A DNA stretch of 64,000 bases from Bacteroidota bacterium (GTDB taxonomy: Bacteria; Bacteroidota; Bacteroidia; Chitinophagales; Chitinophagaceae): positions 7,472 through 71,471 of the forward strand of contig JBKCMR010000001.1 in assembly GCA_046300055.1 (NCBI GenBank), in the 5' to 3' direction. The notes beneath the pieces were generated by a model that was not told the DNA's origin, did not search any database, and saw only the letters and a program-made list of their open reading frames with translations. The position numbers and the translations under genes were made by a program. Below, in pieces: positions 8,808-18,562 of this stretch. Numbering within the stretch: the stretch's first letter is position 1; each line of letters begins with the position of its first letter.

Positions 8808-9742
8808 TCAACTTGGTCATTACGGTTGAATATTCCACCGACTACACCGCGCGGCAAAGCCAACCAAACAGAAACACTAATCAAAAGACGCTTCATCGGG
8901 ATGTACATAGAGGTGAGCAGCCCTTGAACAATTGATTCATTAAATAGTAACTCCAAATAATGGTTCATGCGTTTCACGTTACCCTTTTGTACACCGTAAT
9001 AGATAGCAAACTTGCGCAACCAGCGGGCATGATCGCTACGGGGCTCTGTGCGCAATAACCTGCTCAATTGCCTCTCAATGACAATTTTTTGGAGATCAAT
9101 GTTATAAAAACCATACAATGAAGTAAGCGATTCGGCATGATGTCGATACAGATAAAGATCTGTAGTGGGTAAATACGCAAATCGGGTGATCAAAGAGGCG
9201 CGCAGGAAGAAATCGTAGTCCTCTATCAGAAACGCGGAAGGATCGTACCCCCCTACTTGGTGATGTAATTCAGATCGATAAAGAAAACAGGCACCGCATC
9301 CTTTCCATGAAACCCTACTCTGATTTATGTCACCAAATCGCTTCTCGCCGATCACATTTCCAGCATCGTTAATAAGCGTATAGTCAGCATAGACAAGCCC
9401 AACTGAATTATCTTGTTCCAGTTTCCGTATCATCATCAACAACGCATCAGGCGAATAAAGATTATCGTCAGAAGTCCAGGTAAGATACCTTCCATTTGAT
9501 GCCACTGAACCGACGTTTAACGAGGACGGTAGTTTTAGATTTTTTTCATTTCTAATACAACGGATTCGCTGATCTTTTTGTTGAAAGGAGTGAATGATCT
9601 CCGGAGTACGATCAGTTGAACAATCATCTACAATGATCAATTCCCAATCCGTCATAGTTTGGGCAAGACAGCTGTTGATAGCAGAAGCCAAGTAACGTTC
9701 CCCATTATAGGTTGGCAGTATAATTGATACGAGGGGTTTCAT
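8804..9742 (-). CDS. glycosyltransferase family 2
   Basis: VSIILPTYNGERYL...ELIIVDDCSTD GT-A signature and a DDN motif. 4-nt overlaps on both sides. Confidence 0.85.
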   Translation of the reverse strand: MKPLVSIILPTYNGERYLASAINSCLAQTMTDWELIIVDDCSTDRTPEIIHSFQQKDQRIRCIRNEKNLKLPSSLNVGSVASNGRYLTWTSDDNLYSPDALLMMIRKLEQDNSVGLVYADYTLINDAGNVIGEKRFGDINQSRVSWKGCGACFLYRSELHHQVGGYDPSAFLIEDYDFFLRASLITRFAYLPTTDLYLYRHHAESLTSLYGFYNIDLQKIVIERQLSRLLRTEPRSDHARWLRKFAIYYGVQKGNVKRMNHYLELLFNESIVQGLLTSMYIPMKRLLISVSVWLALPRGVVGGIFNRNDQVE

Positions 9743-10848
9743 AAATGATGTTCAATAATTTCCATAATCCGAATGGCGCTCTGACCATCTCCATAAGGAT
9801 TTACTGCCCGCGCCATTTCGTCGTATGCCTGTTTATCATTCAGCAACCGGTAAGTCTCCTTGAAAATAATCTCGGAATCACTACCAACCAGACGCGCGGT
9901 ACCCGCATGCACACCCTCCATACGTTCTGTGACGGATCGCATCACGAGTACTGGTTTCCCAAGTGAAGGTGCTTCCTCCTGAATGCCTCCAGAGTCAGTA
10001 AGAACGAGCTCACAGCGATCGATCAACCAGATCATTCCCGGGTAATCAACGGGCTTGATCAAATGCACATTGGGCAAGTTGCTGAGGATCGTATTCACAG
10101 GCCGTTGTACTTCGGGATTCAGATGAACTGGATACACCCATTTCACATCGGGAAAAGCATTGGACAGTCGAGCGATGGCCTGGCAGATCTGCTCAAACCC
10201 AGTACCGAAACTTTCCCTTCGATGACCGGTAATCAAAACGAGCCGCTGATCACCCAACAAGGAGGAAAAAGGCTCTCCCCAAACCGGCTCCGTACGAACT
10301 TTCTGTAGCCCCCACTGCAAGGCATCAATAACAGTATTCCCGGTAACAAAAACGTTTTCCGTAATATTTTCCAACCGCAAGTTCTGTGCAGCCTGACTGG
10401 TTGGTGCAAAATGAAAATCGGCGATGATGCCCGCCATTTTTCGGTTCAACTCCTCCGGAAAAGGCGAATATTTCTGACCGCTACGCAGTCCGGCCTCAAC
10501 ATGGCCTACCGGAATTTGATGATAGAAAGAAACCAAGGCTCCCACGTAGGCTGAGGTGGTGTCGCCCTGAACCAATACAAAATCCGGATGTGCCTGCTGC
10601 ATCACGGAATGAAGACCCATTATCGCCCGAGCAGTCAAGCTGGAAAGATCCTGTCCAGGCTGCATCAACTGAAGATCATAATCGGCCTTGATTGAGAAGA
10701 AAGAGAGCACCTGTTCCAACATCTCCCGATGCTGACCGGTCAGACAGATCTCTACGCGAAAAGTTCCTCGCTGCTGAAAAGCATGAATGAGTGGTGCCAT
10801 CTTGATGGCTTCCGGTCGAGTACCAAATACAAAAAGAATTTTTTTCAC
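9739..10848 (-). CDS. wecB: UDP-N-acetylglucosamine 2-epimerase (non-hydrolysing)
   Basis: 369 aa. FGTRPEAIKMAPL, TGQHREM and DSGGIQEEAPSLGKPVLV motifs. Confidence 0.9.
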   Translation of the reverse strand: MKKILFVFGTRPEAIKMAPLIHAFQQRGTFRVEICLTGQHREMLEQVLSFFSIKADYDLQLMQPGQDLSSLTARAIMGLHSVMQQAHPDFVLVQGDTTSAYVGALVSFYHQIPVGHVEAGLRSGQKYSPFPEELNRKMAGIIADFHFAPTSQAAQNLRLENITENVFVTGNTVIDALQWGLQKVRTEPVWGEPFSSLLGDQRLVLITGHRRESFGTGFEQICQAIARLSNAFPDVKWVYPVHLNPEVQRPVNTILSNLPNVHLIKPVDYPGMIWLIDRCELVLTDSGGIQEEAPSLGKPVLVMRSVTERMEGVHAGTARLVGSDSEIIFKETYRLLNDKQAYDEMARAVNPYGDGQSAIRIMEIIEHHL

Positions 10849-11993
10849 TACTTAATTGCTTCTTTTAGAGCTAAGTAAAAAGTTTGCCCAGGTTCAGGAT
10901 CGTACAAACTAATCGCTTTTTTGTGTGCATTCACACCAATGAGCTCCCAACTACTCCGGGCTTCCCAGGCTGCTTCTAAGGCCTCCCGATAAGAAGCAAC
11001 TGTTAATTCTTTTACAACCCAACCCTCCGTCCCATTTGAGACCCACTCTCTATGCCCCCCTACATCGGTTAAGACTGTAGGTCTCCCGCAAAGCATCGCC
11101 TCCACAACAGCCAGCGGCATTCCCTCCATACGGGATGGCATCAGAAGGATTTGATTGGACGACCAAATATCTCGAATATTCTGGCTAACACCATGAAATA
11201 CGACCCGCTTGTCAATTCCCAGCTCGAAGGTCATGGCCCGAAGCATTTGCTCATCGGATCCGGCACCATAGATATTTAGCCGCCATTCTCTTTTTAGCCA
11301 AGCGGGAGAAGATAAAGCCCTTAGCGCCAAATCTTGTCCTTTATGCAATACCCTCAAATTACCTACCATCGCAAACTGAGCAACCTCATCTTTCGGAAAG
11401 GGTAGTATATCCGAACTAGGCATGTTAATTGGGTTGCGAAAACTCTTCGCACTGCTGAGATCTACACCTAATTGCTTGGAGGCGACCAGTATATTTCGCT
11501 TTGAACTAATAAATATGATACTGGCCCTTTGATAGAATCGCTTTATTCGCTGCTTAGCAACGTAGGACATTGGAATCAACTGTTCCTCACAATAATGCCC
11601 TATGTATATAAAAGCAGCTCCACTTCTCTGTAAGGGTCGAAAAAGAAAATGCTCCTCAGCAACAGAATAACAGGTGCCATTGTAAATAACAACATCTGGT
11701 TTCCATTCAAAAAGTGTCGTATAGGGATTGTTAAAAACGGATAATATAAACAACTTGATTTTTTCCCACCAACGCAGTGGAATTGGAAGGCCCGGCTGAA
11801 CCAGGGTATTTCTGGGAAACTCCCGCAGCCCCATACGACGCAATTCATATTTACGATCAGACTGATTGACAACTGCTATATATGAATGGGCTACCTGATC
11901 ACCTTTAGAAAGTGCATATCGTGCCATCGAAGCCCACCACTCCTCACTCCCACCCCAACCATCACGGATCATGGAAATCACTGCTATTTTCAT
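10848..11993 (-). CDS. glycosyltransferase family 4
   Basis: 381 aa. C-terminal PSRMEGMPLAVVEAMLCGRPTVLTDVGG (EX7E motif). Confidence 0.8.
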   Translation of the reverse strand: MKIAVISMIRDGWGGSEEWWASMARYALSKGDQVAHSYIAVVNQSDRKYELRRMGLREFPRNTLVQPGLPIPLRWWEKIKLFILSVFNNPYTTLFEWKPDVVIYNGTCYSVAEEHFLFRPLQRSGAAFIYIGHYCEEQLIPMSYVAKQRIKRFYQRASIIFISSKRNILVASKQLGVDLSSAKSFRNPINMPSSDILPFPKDEVAQFAMVGNLRVLHKGQDLALRALSSPAWLKREWRLNIYGAGSDEQMLRAMTFELGIDKRVVFHGVSQNIRDIWSSNQILLMPSRMEGMPLAVVEAMLCGRPTVLTDVGGHREWVSNGTEGWVVKELTVASYREALEAAWEARSSWELIGVNAHKKAISLYDPEPGQTFYLALKEAIK

Positions 11994-12697
11994 GTCCTAT
12001 CGGGTTTTTCAACCAACACTACATTATTCAGGTAGAGATTTCGTGAAAGCGGCAACAGCTTGCTCGAAAGGATCGCAAACACATTGAATGAACCATAAAT
12101 GAACATTCTAGCTACTTGCCTGACTATAGGAATTTTTTCCAATCGCGAAATAATAAACTGCTGCCAATATATGATGCGCAATTGCCAAATGGTTTCCACT
12201 GCATTGCCAGACTTCTCTAACTGTAAAACGGTGAAGCCAGCCCCCTCTAACATCGAACGCATGGCAAAAGAACTGTAGCGCGCATAATCATTCGGCACCT
12301 CGTGTTCACAATAGGCGAATGGACAAGTAATGAGCATGCGACCACCAGGACGTAGCACACGGTACAACTCAGGCAAAATTTGAGGCAGATTGAAAATATG
12401 CTCAAAAACCTCCGACGAAAAAATAGAGTCGAAACGGTCAGCCGGAAAAGGAAGTGTCTCCCCATCATAGAAATGATCGATTGACTCGTCCTCATGCGAA
12501 TGGCCCGGTCCCTCAAAATCGACGCCGGTGTATGATCGCACACGGAATAGTGATTGATAAGGTTTTGAGCCACAACCAAAATCCAACAGGTCTCCCTTTA
12601 GCGACGGCGCCATGGAACGAATGTGTTGCAAAAGACGAGTACGGATCAAGTATACCGGTGAAAACAGATTGGGATTGAACTCGGGACTCATTGACAT
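11990..12697 (-). CDS. class I SAM-dependent methyltransferase
   Basis: Motif I LLDFGCGSKPY, followed by RVLRPGGRMLI (Methyltransf_11-like). Confidence 0.8.
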   Translation of the reverse strand: MSMSPEFNPNLFSPVYLIRTRLLQHIRSMAPSLKGDLLDFGCGSKPYQSLFRVRSYTGVDFEGPGHSHEDESIDHFYDGETLPFPADRFDSIFSSEVFEHIFNLPQILPELYRVLRPGGRMLITCPFAYCEHEVPNDYARYSSFAMRSMLEGAGFTVLQLEKSGNAVETIWQLRIIYWQQFIISRLEKIPIVRQVARMFIYGSFNVFAILSSKLLPLSRNLYLNNVVLVEKPDRT

Positions 12698-12709
12698 GCC
12701 GTTCTGACT

Positions 12710-13462
12710 TTACGATTTGATTGCCATACGACCAGTGTCGTCCATACGAGCTAGCAAGATTGGAATCCCAGTTTGAGTAAAATACTCATCTACCGCCTTG
12801 CGTGCACCTTTCCAGTATCCATAATCATCAATGATAAGGACCCCACCAGACACTAACCTTGGAAACAAGTGTATCAACTCATGACGAGTGGAAGAGTACC
12901 AATCCGTATCCAATCGAAGTAATGCGATCTGTTGCGGAATCGTAGTCGGGATGGTTTCTTCCACTTTCCCAACCACATAGTGAATTTTATCGGTTGGATA
13001 TCCGGAAGACTGAATAGTAGTTTGCACCTCCTCCAAGTTGGAGTAAGCCCAGATAAGGTTGGCCGTTTTGTCGGTATTTTGATCCAACAATTGAGACGCT
13101 TTTCGATTATTTATGGTCTCATCAACCTGATCAGGTGGAGGCATTCCCTCGAAAGTATCATATAGGAATAAGTCCCTTCCACACTCCCCTACATGCAACA
13201 AAGTTTCGGCACAGGCCAGCATGCTACCACCTTTCCAAACCCCACACTCAACGATTGCGCCCGGAATCTTGTAACGCTGTATGTAACGGACCGACTCCAC
13301 CAACCCATAAATACGCTCGGGACTGGTCATCGTATAGGGGGCTACTTTTCTCCATACCGACAAATGCCAATCATCAAAATCAACTGGCAAAGCAGAAACA
13401 GGCAACCTATCCAACTTCCAGCCAAACGGCCGAATCAATGAATTTATAAATCGATGAATCAT
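12710..13462 (-). CDS. TylF/MycF-family (macrocin-O-type) sugar O-methyltransferase
   Basis: IVECGVWKGGS, LDTDWYSSTRHEL and VLIIDDYGYWKGARKAVDEY are characteristic of the TylF family. Confidence 0.8.
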   Translation of the reverse strand: MIHRFINSLIRPFGWKLDRLPVSALPVDFDDWHLSVWRKVAPYTMTSPERIYGLVESVRYIQRYKIPGAIVECGVWKGGSMLACAETLLHVGECGRDLFLYDTFEGMPPPDQVDETINNRKASQLLDQNTDKTANLIWAYSNLEEVQTTIQSSGYPTDKIHYVVGKVEETIPTTIPQQIALLRLDTDWYSSTRHELIHLFPRLVSGGVLIIDDYGYWKGARKAVDEYFTQTGIPILLARMDDTGRMAIKS

Positions 13463-13515
13463 GTATGAATATCAAATATCTAACAATTGAGTAACTCAGC
13501 AAAGAAACAGGGACG

Positions 13516-14274
13516 TCAATCACCTGCGCAGGCAGGATCCTCCAAATTATTTAGAAATAATTGCAACCCCTCCTGCATCTGAGCATCCAGCTCGTAACGG
13601 ATTTTATCCTTAAAATAGGAGAGCATGTCAACACCGGGCAAGGCCCACTCTTCAGCCAGCATTCCAATGCGATTCAGTCCTATTTCATTGGCTCTTTCAA
13701 AATCCATCAAAAAGGAAGGCGATAGTTCGAGGGTAGTCACCCATACTGCGAATACGAACGGCAATCCTGTATGTTGTTTCCAGGCACTAGCCAGGTCGTA
13801 CATGTACGGAAACTTACTTGCGCTTACCAGAGCACGGTCTCCAATTATCAAGCCACCTGTTTTGCCCCTGATCTCATTCATGTATTCATCACCCTGCGAA
13901 GCCAAAAAGCGAACATTTTTTTTCCAGTGATTCCGCAAAAGAAACCTAGCCAAAGCGACAGAGGTACGGCTTTGATAGTCCAATAGAACTACCTCGATCT
14001 GCTCCATTGGGCAGTGACTGAATAACGCAACCGATCCGACTGCCCCATCGGCCGCGATACCATGCCGGCCGACGATCCTGGCACCCGGAATTCGATTTAT
14101 CGCTGCCACAGGAATCAGGCCTACGTCTATCGTACCAAGCTTTAACTGCTCGACCAGACGTGCGGGATAATCGAACGATAGATCAATGATATTAGTCATC
14201 TCCGGCAGTTCCAAGCCGTAAACTAAAGGCTTGGCATTTCGATAACTGACCGCTCCTACCCGTATCTTCTCCAA
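13516..14274 (-). CDS. mqnA: chorismate dehydratase (futalosine-pathway menaquinone synthesis)
   Basis: 252 aa. N-terminal IRVGAVSYRNAKPLVYGL is typical of MqnA. TTG start, with no in-frame ATG nearby. Confidence 0.75.
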   Translation of the reverse strand: MEKIRVGAVSYRNAKPLVYGLELPEMTNIIDLSFDYPARLVEQLKLGTIDVGLIPVAAINRIPGARIVGRHGIAADGAVGSVALFSHCPMEQIEVVLLDYQSRTSVALARFLLRNHWKKNVRFLASQGDEYMNEIRGKTGGLIIGDRALVSASKFPYMYDLASAWKQHTGLPFVFAVWVTTLELSPSFLMDFERANEIGLNRIGMLAEEWALPGVDMLSYFKDKIRYELDAQMQEGLQLFLNNLEDPACAGD

Positions 14275-14280
14275 TTGAGT

Positions 14281-14288
14281 TAAATTTG
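14281..14288 (+). promoter_or_regulatory. -7 promoter box TAAATTTG for purB
   Basis: Perfect TAnnTTTG match, 31 nt upstream of the ATG at 14320. Confidence 0.45.
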
Positions 14289-14319
14289 GAACTCAAAGGT
14301 ACGAATCAACCCCTCTACT

Positions 14320-15660
14320 ATGGACCTATCTACACTGAGCGCGCTATCACCCATCGACGGCCGTTATCGCAGACAAACATCCTCGCTGGCCGAATATTTC
14401 TCTGAATTCGGGCTGATCCGGTACCGCGTGCACGTGGAGGTTGAGTATTTATTGTTTTTACATAAACGAAAATTCATCACCCTTACGCCAAAGACACAGA
14501 AATCACTTCGGAAATGTGTTAACGAATTCACCCTCGAAGATGCAGCGGCCATCAAAGCCATTGAAAAAACCACGAATCACGACGTGAAGGCCGTGGAATA
14601 TTTCTTGAAGGAGATATTGGAACAAAATGGAGGAGAAAAATGGGTCGAATGGGTACATTTCGGACTCACTTCACAAGACATCAACAACACGGCCGTACCG
14701 CTTTCCTGGAAGCAGGCGATCGAATTCGAATACCTGCCTGCCTTATTGAACTTGAAAACTGAACTAGGGCTATTGGCAGATGAATGGCGGGAGATACCGC
14801 TGTTGGCTCGAACGCATGGACAACCTGCCAGTCCGACCCGCTTAGGAAAAGAGATACATGTATTCGTTGAGCGCTTGCAAAATCAGATCGATCTGTTTCT
14901 GACCATTCCATTTTCAGGAAAGTTCGGAGGTGCTACCGGTAATTTCAATGCACATCATGCCGCATTCCCCAAATACGATTGGGTGAAATTCGGTAATGAT
15001 TTCTTGGAGTCTCTGGGACTGGTTCGTCAGCAATACACTACGCAGATCGAGCATTATGACGGACTGGCTGCTCAGCTCGACAACATGCGGCGCATCAACA
15101 ACATTCTGATCGACCTGTGCCGGGATATTTGGACTTACATCTCAATGGATTATTTCAAACAGCAGACGAAAGCCGGCGAAGTGGGTTCCTCCGCCATGCC
15201 ACATAAAGTCAACCCCATCGATTTTGAGAATGCCGAAGGAAACCTGGGAATGGCAAATGCCATACTGGATCATCTATCCAACAAGTTGCCCATCTCTCGA
15301 TTGCAAAGAGATCTGACCGACTCCACCGTGCTACGCAACATCGGTGTTCCCATGGCACATATCCTGATTGCTTTTCGGTCCCTGGAGAAAGGGCTTGGCA
15401 AATTAGTACTGAACGACGCAGCTATATACTCCGACCTCGATAACAACTGGGCGGTTGTCTCGGAAGCGATCCAAACGATCCTCCGCCGGGAGAACTATCC
15501 AAAACCCTATGAGGCATTGAAAGAACTTACCCGAGGAAAGGGACCGATCGATCAGAAAACCTTGCACAAATTCATCGACAAGTTGAATGTGACGGAAAAA
15601 GTCAAAAAGGAACTCAGGGCGATCACCCCACATAATTATACCGGGCTATTGCCAAGGTGA
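14320..15660 (+). CDS. purB: adenylosuccinate lyase
   Basis: 446 aa. Fumarate-lyase signature GSSAMPHKVNP. PurB-like N-terminus LSPIDGRY. Confidence 0.92.
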   Translation: MDLSTLSALSPIDGRYRRQTSSLAEYFSEFGLIRYRVHVEVEYLLFLHKRKFITLTPKTQKSLRKCVNEFTLEDAAAIKAIEKTTNHDVKAVEYFLKEILEQNGGEKWVEWVHFGLTSQDINNTAVPLSWKQAIEFEYLPALLNLKTELGLLADEWREIPLLARTHGQPASPTRLGKEIHVFVERLQNQIDLFLTIPFSGKFGGATGNFNAHHAAFPKYDWVKFGNDFLESLGLVRQQYTTQIEHYDGLAAQLDNMRRINNILIDLCRDIWTYISMDYFKQQTKAGEVGSSAMPHKVNPIDFENAEGNLGMANAILDHLSNKLPISRLQRDLTDSTVLRNIGVPMAHILIAFRSLEKGLGKLVLNDAAIYSDLDNNWAVVSEAIQTILRRENYPKPYEALKELTRGKGPIDQKTLHKFIDKLNVTEKVKKELRAITPHNYTGLLPR

Positions 15661-15663
15661 TGA

Positions 15664-17247
15664 TCACTGATGGATCTCAGACGTGAAATGGAATTTCACG
15701 TCCGGGTGATTGGTGATCTCCGTATTCAAGAACCACTCACTTTGCGCCAAGTAAACAGGCTGATCGTCTTTATCGGCCGCAATGTTGGTTTGTCTGAAAC
15801 GCATGAACTCCTCCAATTTAGCAGGCTGCTCGGAGGTCAGCCAGCAAGCCTTAAAAAAGGGCATGGCATTGAACGTGACCGAGGCGCCATATTCATGCAA
15901 CAAGCGATACTGTATTACTTCAAATTGCAGTTCGCCGACGCAACCAATGATCTTCTTGGTTCCGCCATATTGAGTAAAGAGCTGAGCAACCCCTTCGTCC
16001 GTCAACTGCAATAAACCTTTTTCCAATTGCTTGGTCTTCATCGGATCTTTGTTCACAACCTCTTTGAAGATCTCCGGAGAAAAAGAAGGGATGCCGGTAT
16101 AGAAAAAATCTTCGCCTTCTGTCAATGTATCTCCGATCTTGAAATTACCGGTATCGAACAAACCGACCACATCGCCTGAATAGGCATCTTCGATCACACT
16201 TTTCTCGCGGGCCAGAAAGGAATAAGGATTGCTGAATCGAACGTCCTTATCAAGTCGGACGTGGTGATAATATGTATTGCGCTCGAATTTTCCGGAACAT
16301 ACGCGAAGGAAAGCGATCCGGTCGCGGTGCTTGGGGTCCAGGTTGGCATGGATCTTGAAGATGAAGCCGCTGAACTTCTCCTCCTGCGCATCCACGGTGC
16401 GTTTGGTTGTCATACGTGGTCTGGGAGAAGGAGCGATCCGAATGAACGTATCAAGCATCTCCTTCACGCCGAAGTTGTTGATGGCGGAACCAAAAAAAAC
16501 GGGCGCCACCTGTCCGGCCATGTACGCCTCGATGTTGAGTTTACCATGAACGCCCTCCACTAACTCTACATCTTCCCGTAGTTGTGCGGCATCCCGATCG
16601 CCAAGCTTCTCGTCCAGCAGTTTATCGGAGAGGTCCGTGATAGACAGACCGTCGGCATCGGCCTTGGTATTTGGGCTGAACAGCAATAGACTTTGGGCAT
16701 CGATATTGTAAACACCTTTGAAATCCTTTCCGCTGTTGATGGGCCAGGTCATCGGGTGTAGTTGTATCCGAAGTTCCTTCTCTATTTCCTCCAAAAGGTC
16801 GAACCGATTTTTACCATCTCGGTCCATTTTGTTGACGAATACGATCACCGGCGTATCCCGCATCCGGCAAACCTCCATCAGTCTGCGTGTTTGATCCTCC
16901 ACCCCATTGACGCTATCGACCACCAGAATAACGCTGTCCACCGCCGTGAGCGTTCTATAAGTATCCTCGGCAAAGTCCTTGTGACCGGGCGTATCGAGCA
17001 GGTTGATGAGGGTGTTTTTGTATTCGAAGCTCATGACCGAGGTGGCGACGGAGATACCCCGTTGACGCTCGATCTCCATAAAGTCACTAGTAGCATGCTT
17101 CTTGATCTTATTGCTTTTCACCGCCCCTGCCACTTGAATGGCCCCTCCGAACAGGAGGAACTTTTCGGTTAAGGTGGTCTTCCCCGCATCCGGGTGGGAA
17201 ATAATCGCAAAACTGCGACGGCGTTCGATTTCGGAGCTGTATTTCAT
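15664..17247 (-). CDS. prfC: peptide chain release factor 3
   Basis: GTPase motifs [13 protein letters not shown] and NKMD. Track ORF trimmed to the ATG at 17247 ([11 protein letters not shown]), which has a -7 box 9 nt upstream. Confidence 0.92.
   Translation of the reverse strand: MKYSSEIERRRSFAIISHPDAGKTTLTEKFLLFGGAIQVAGAVKSNKIKKHATSDFMEIERQRGISVATSVMSFEYKNTLINLLDTPGHKDFAEDTYRTLTAVDSVILVVDSVNGVEDQTRRLMEVCRMRDTPVIVFVNKMDRDGKNRFDLLEEIEKELRIQLHPMTWPINSGKDFKGVYNIDAQSLLLFSPNTKADADGLSITDLSDKLLDEKLGDRDAAQLREDVELVEGVHGKLNIEAYMAGQVAPVFFGSAINNFGVKEMLDTFIRIAPSPRPRMTTKRTVDAQEEKFSGFIFKIHANLDPKHRDRIAFLRVCSGKFERNTYYHHVRLDKDVRFSNPYSFLAREKSVIEDAYSGDVVGLFDTGNFKIGDTLTEGEDFFYTGIPSFSPEIFKEVVNKDPMKTKQLEKGLLQLTDEGVAQLFTQYGGTKKIIGCVGELQFEVIQYRLLHEYGASVTFNAMPFFKACWLTSEQPAKLEEFMRFRQTNIAADKDDQPVYLAQSEWFLNTEITNHPDVKFHFTSEIHQ
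15680..15702. other. perfect 10-bp stem / 3-nt loop hairpin inside the 3' end of prfC
   Basis: gacgtgaaat-gga-atttcacgtc. It lies 20 nt downstream of the purB stop. There is no U-tract on either strand. Confidence 0.6.
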
Positions 17248-17256
17248 GGACGGCGG

Positions 17257-17264
17257 CAAAGGTA
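17257..17264 (-). promoter_or_regulatory. -7 promoter box (TACCTTTG on the minus strand) for prfC
   Basis: Perfect TAnnTTTG match, 9 nt upstream of the ATG at 17247. Confidence 0.45.
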
Positions 17265-17297
17265 ACAGAATCCGCACCGAAAGCCAGTTCCATTCGG

Positions 17298-17305
17298 TAA
17301 TTTTG
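17298..17305 (+). promoter_or_regulatory. -7 promoter box TAATTTTG for the ABC permease/tsaD operon
   Basis: Perfect TAnnTTTG match, only 5 nt upstream of the ATG at 17311. This suggests a leaderless or near-leaderless mRNA. Confidence 0.4.
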
Positions 17306-17310
17306 CCCTC

Positions 17311-18561
17311 ATGATCCGTCGTACACTTGAGATCGTTGGCAGCAGCTTTTTAATGGCCATACAAGAGCTTTGGAAAAACAAGCTGCGTACGTTTCTTTCA
17401 CTACTGGGTGTAACCTTTGGTATTTTCTGCATCATCAGTGTATTGGCTACCGTTAATAGCCTGGAGCAGAATATTCAAAACGAAGTCAAGGCCCTGGGCA
17501 CGAATACGATCTATGTAGACAAGTGGGATTATAGTGGCGGCCCCAATTATCCCTGGTGGAAGTTTGTAAAGCGTCCCTCTCCCAAATATGAAGAAATGCA
17601 GGGCATTAAGCCCCGAACGCCTTCTGCCAAATTTGTTGCCTTCAAGATCAGTGCGCAGGACAAAGTAGAATACCAGGGCAATCAACTTTCGAATATTCAA
17701 CTCTATGGCGTTTCTGAGGAGTTCAGTGAAATCCAACCTGTAGAGATCGCCTATGGCCGGTATTTATCTGAGTCGGAGTTCCAGTCCGGTAGTCCCGTAG
17801 CTGTGATCGGGTATGAGGTGGCAGATCAGCTATTCGGCAGCCAGGAAGGCGCTATCGGTAAGCTGATCCAAAGCCGGGGCAAAAAGTTTTCAGTAGCCGG
17901 AGTGATAAAAAAACAGGGTGGCGGTTTTATCGGGGGCTGGCAATTCGACCAAAGTCTGCTTACCTCCTACCGGATGGGCCGAAACATCATGGATGGAAGA
18001 AGAGCCGAACCGCTGATCATGGTGCAGGGGCAGGATTATGTGTCCAGTAAACAATTGAAAGACGATCTGATGAGTACCATGCGGGCACTGCACAAGCTGA
18101 GTCCGACACAAGAAGACGATTTCTCACTGAACGACATCAATGATTTCAGCGCCGCCATCAGCGATATTTTTGTCAACCTGAATCTGGGCGGATGGGCGAT
18201 CGCGATTCTTTCCCTCATTGTAGGTATGTTCGGTGTAGCCAACATCATGTTCGTATCCGTACGGGAACGCACCAGCCAGATCGGATTGAAAAAAGCCGTA
18301 GGCGCCAAAGCCCGGGTGATCTTATCCGAATTCTTGTTGGAGGCAGCATTTCTTTGTGTGATCGGCGGACTGATCGGGTTAACACTTGTATTTGCACTCA
18401 CCCAAGTACTGACACTGGTACTGAATTTTCCGGTGTTCATCTCTTTGTCCAACATGGTGCTGGCAATCCTCCTCTGTATCGTAGTTGGCATTCTGGCCGG
18501 TTATATTCCGGCAAGACAGGCCGCTCGAATGGATCCGGTCGTTGCCATCCGAAGCAAATAA
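17311..18561 (+). CDS. ABC transporter permease (MacB/FtsX family)
   Basis: 416 aa. N-terminal [16 protein letters not shown], a large periplasmic loop and a C-terminal FtsX domain ending in [15 protein letters not shown]. Confidence 0.8.
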   Translation: MIRRTLEIVGSSFLMAIQELWKNKLRTFLSLLGVTFGIFCIISVLATVNSLEQNIQNEVKALGTNTIYVDKWDYSGGPNYPWWKFVKRPSPKYEEMQGIKPRTPSAKFVAFKISAQDKVEYQGNQLSNIQLYGVSEEFSEIQPVEIAYGRYLSESEFQSGSPVAVIGYEVADQLFGSQEGAIGKLIQSRGKKFSVAGVIKKQGGGFIGGWQFDQSLLTSYRMGRNIMDGRRAEPLIMVQGQDYVSSKQLKDDLMSTMRALHKLSPTQEDDFSLNDINDFSAAISDIFVNLNLGGWAIAILSLIVGMFGVANIMFVSVRERTSQIGLKKAVGAKARVILSEFLLEAAFLCVIGGLIGLTLVFALTQVLTLVLNFPVFISLSNMVLAILLCIVVGILAGYIPARQAARMDPVVAIRSK

Positions 18562-18562
18562 C

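Noticed and set aside
18485-18562. N-terminal extensions in the ORF track: tsaD from 18485, the LKR-like gene to 21678, DPP-IV to 41278, prfC to 17277 and the small membrane gene to 911.
   Set aside because: The extensions overlap upstream genes, terminators, hairpins or promoters and lack family-like sequence. Internal ATGs reproduce canonical N-termini or signal peptides, and several have a -7 box correctly placed upstream.
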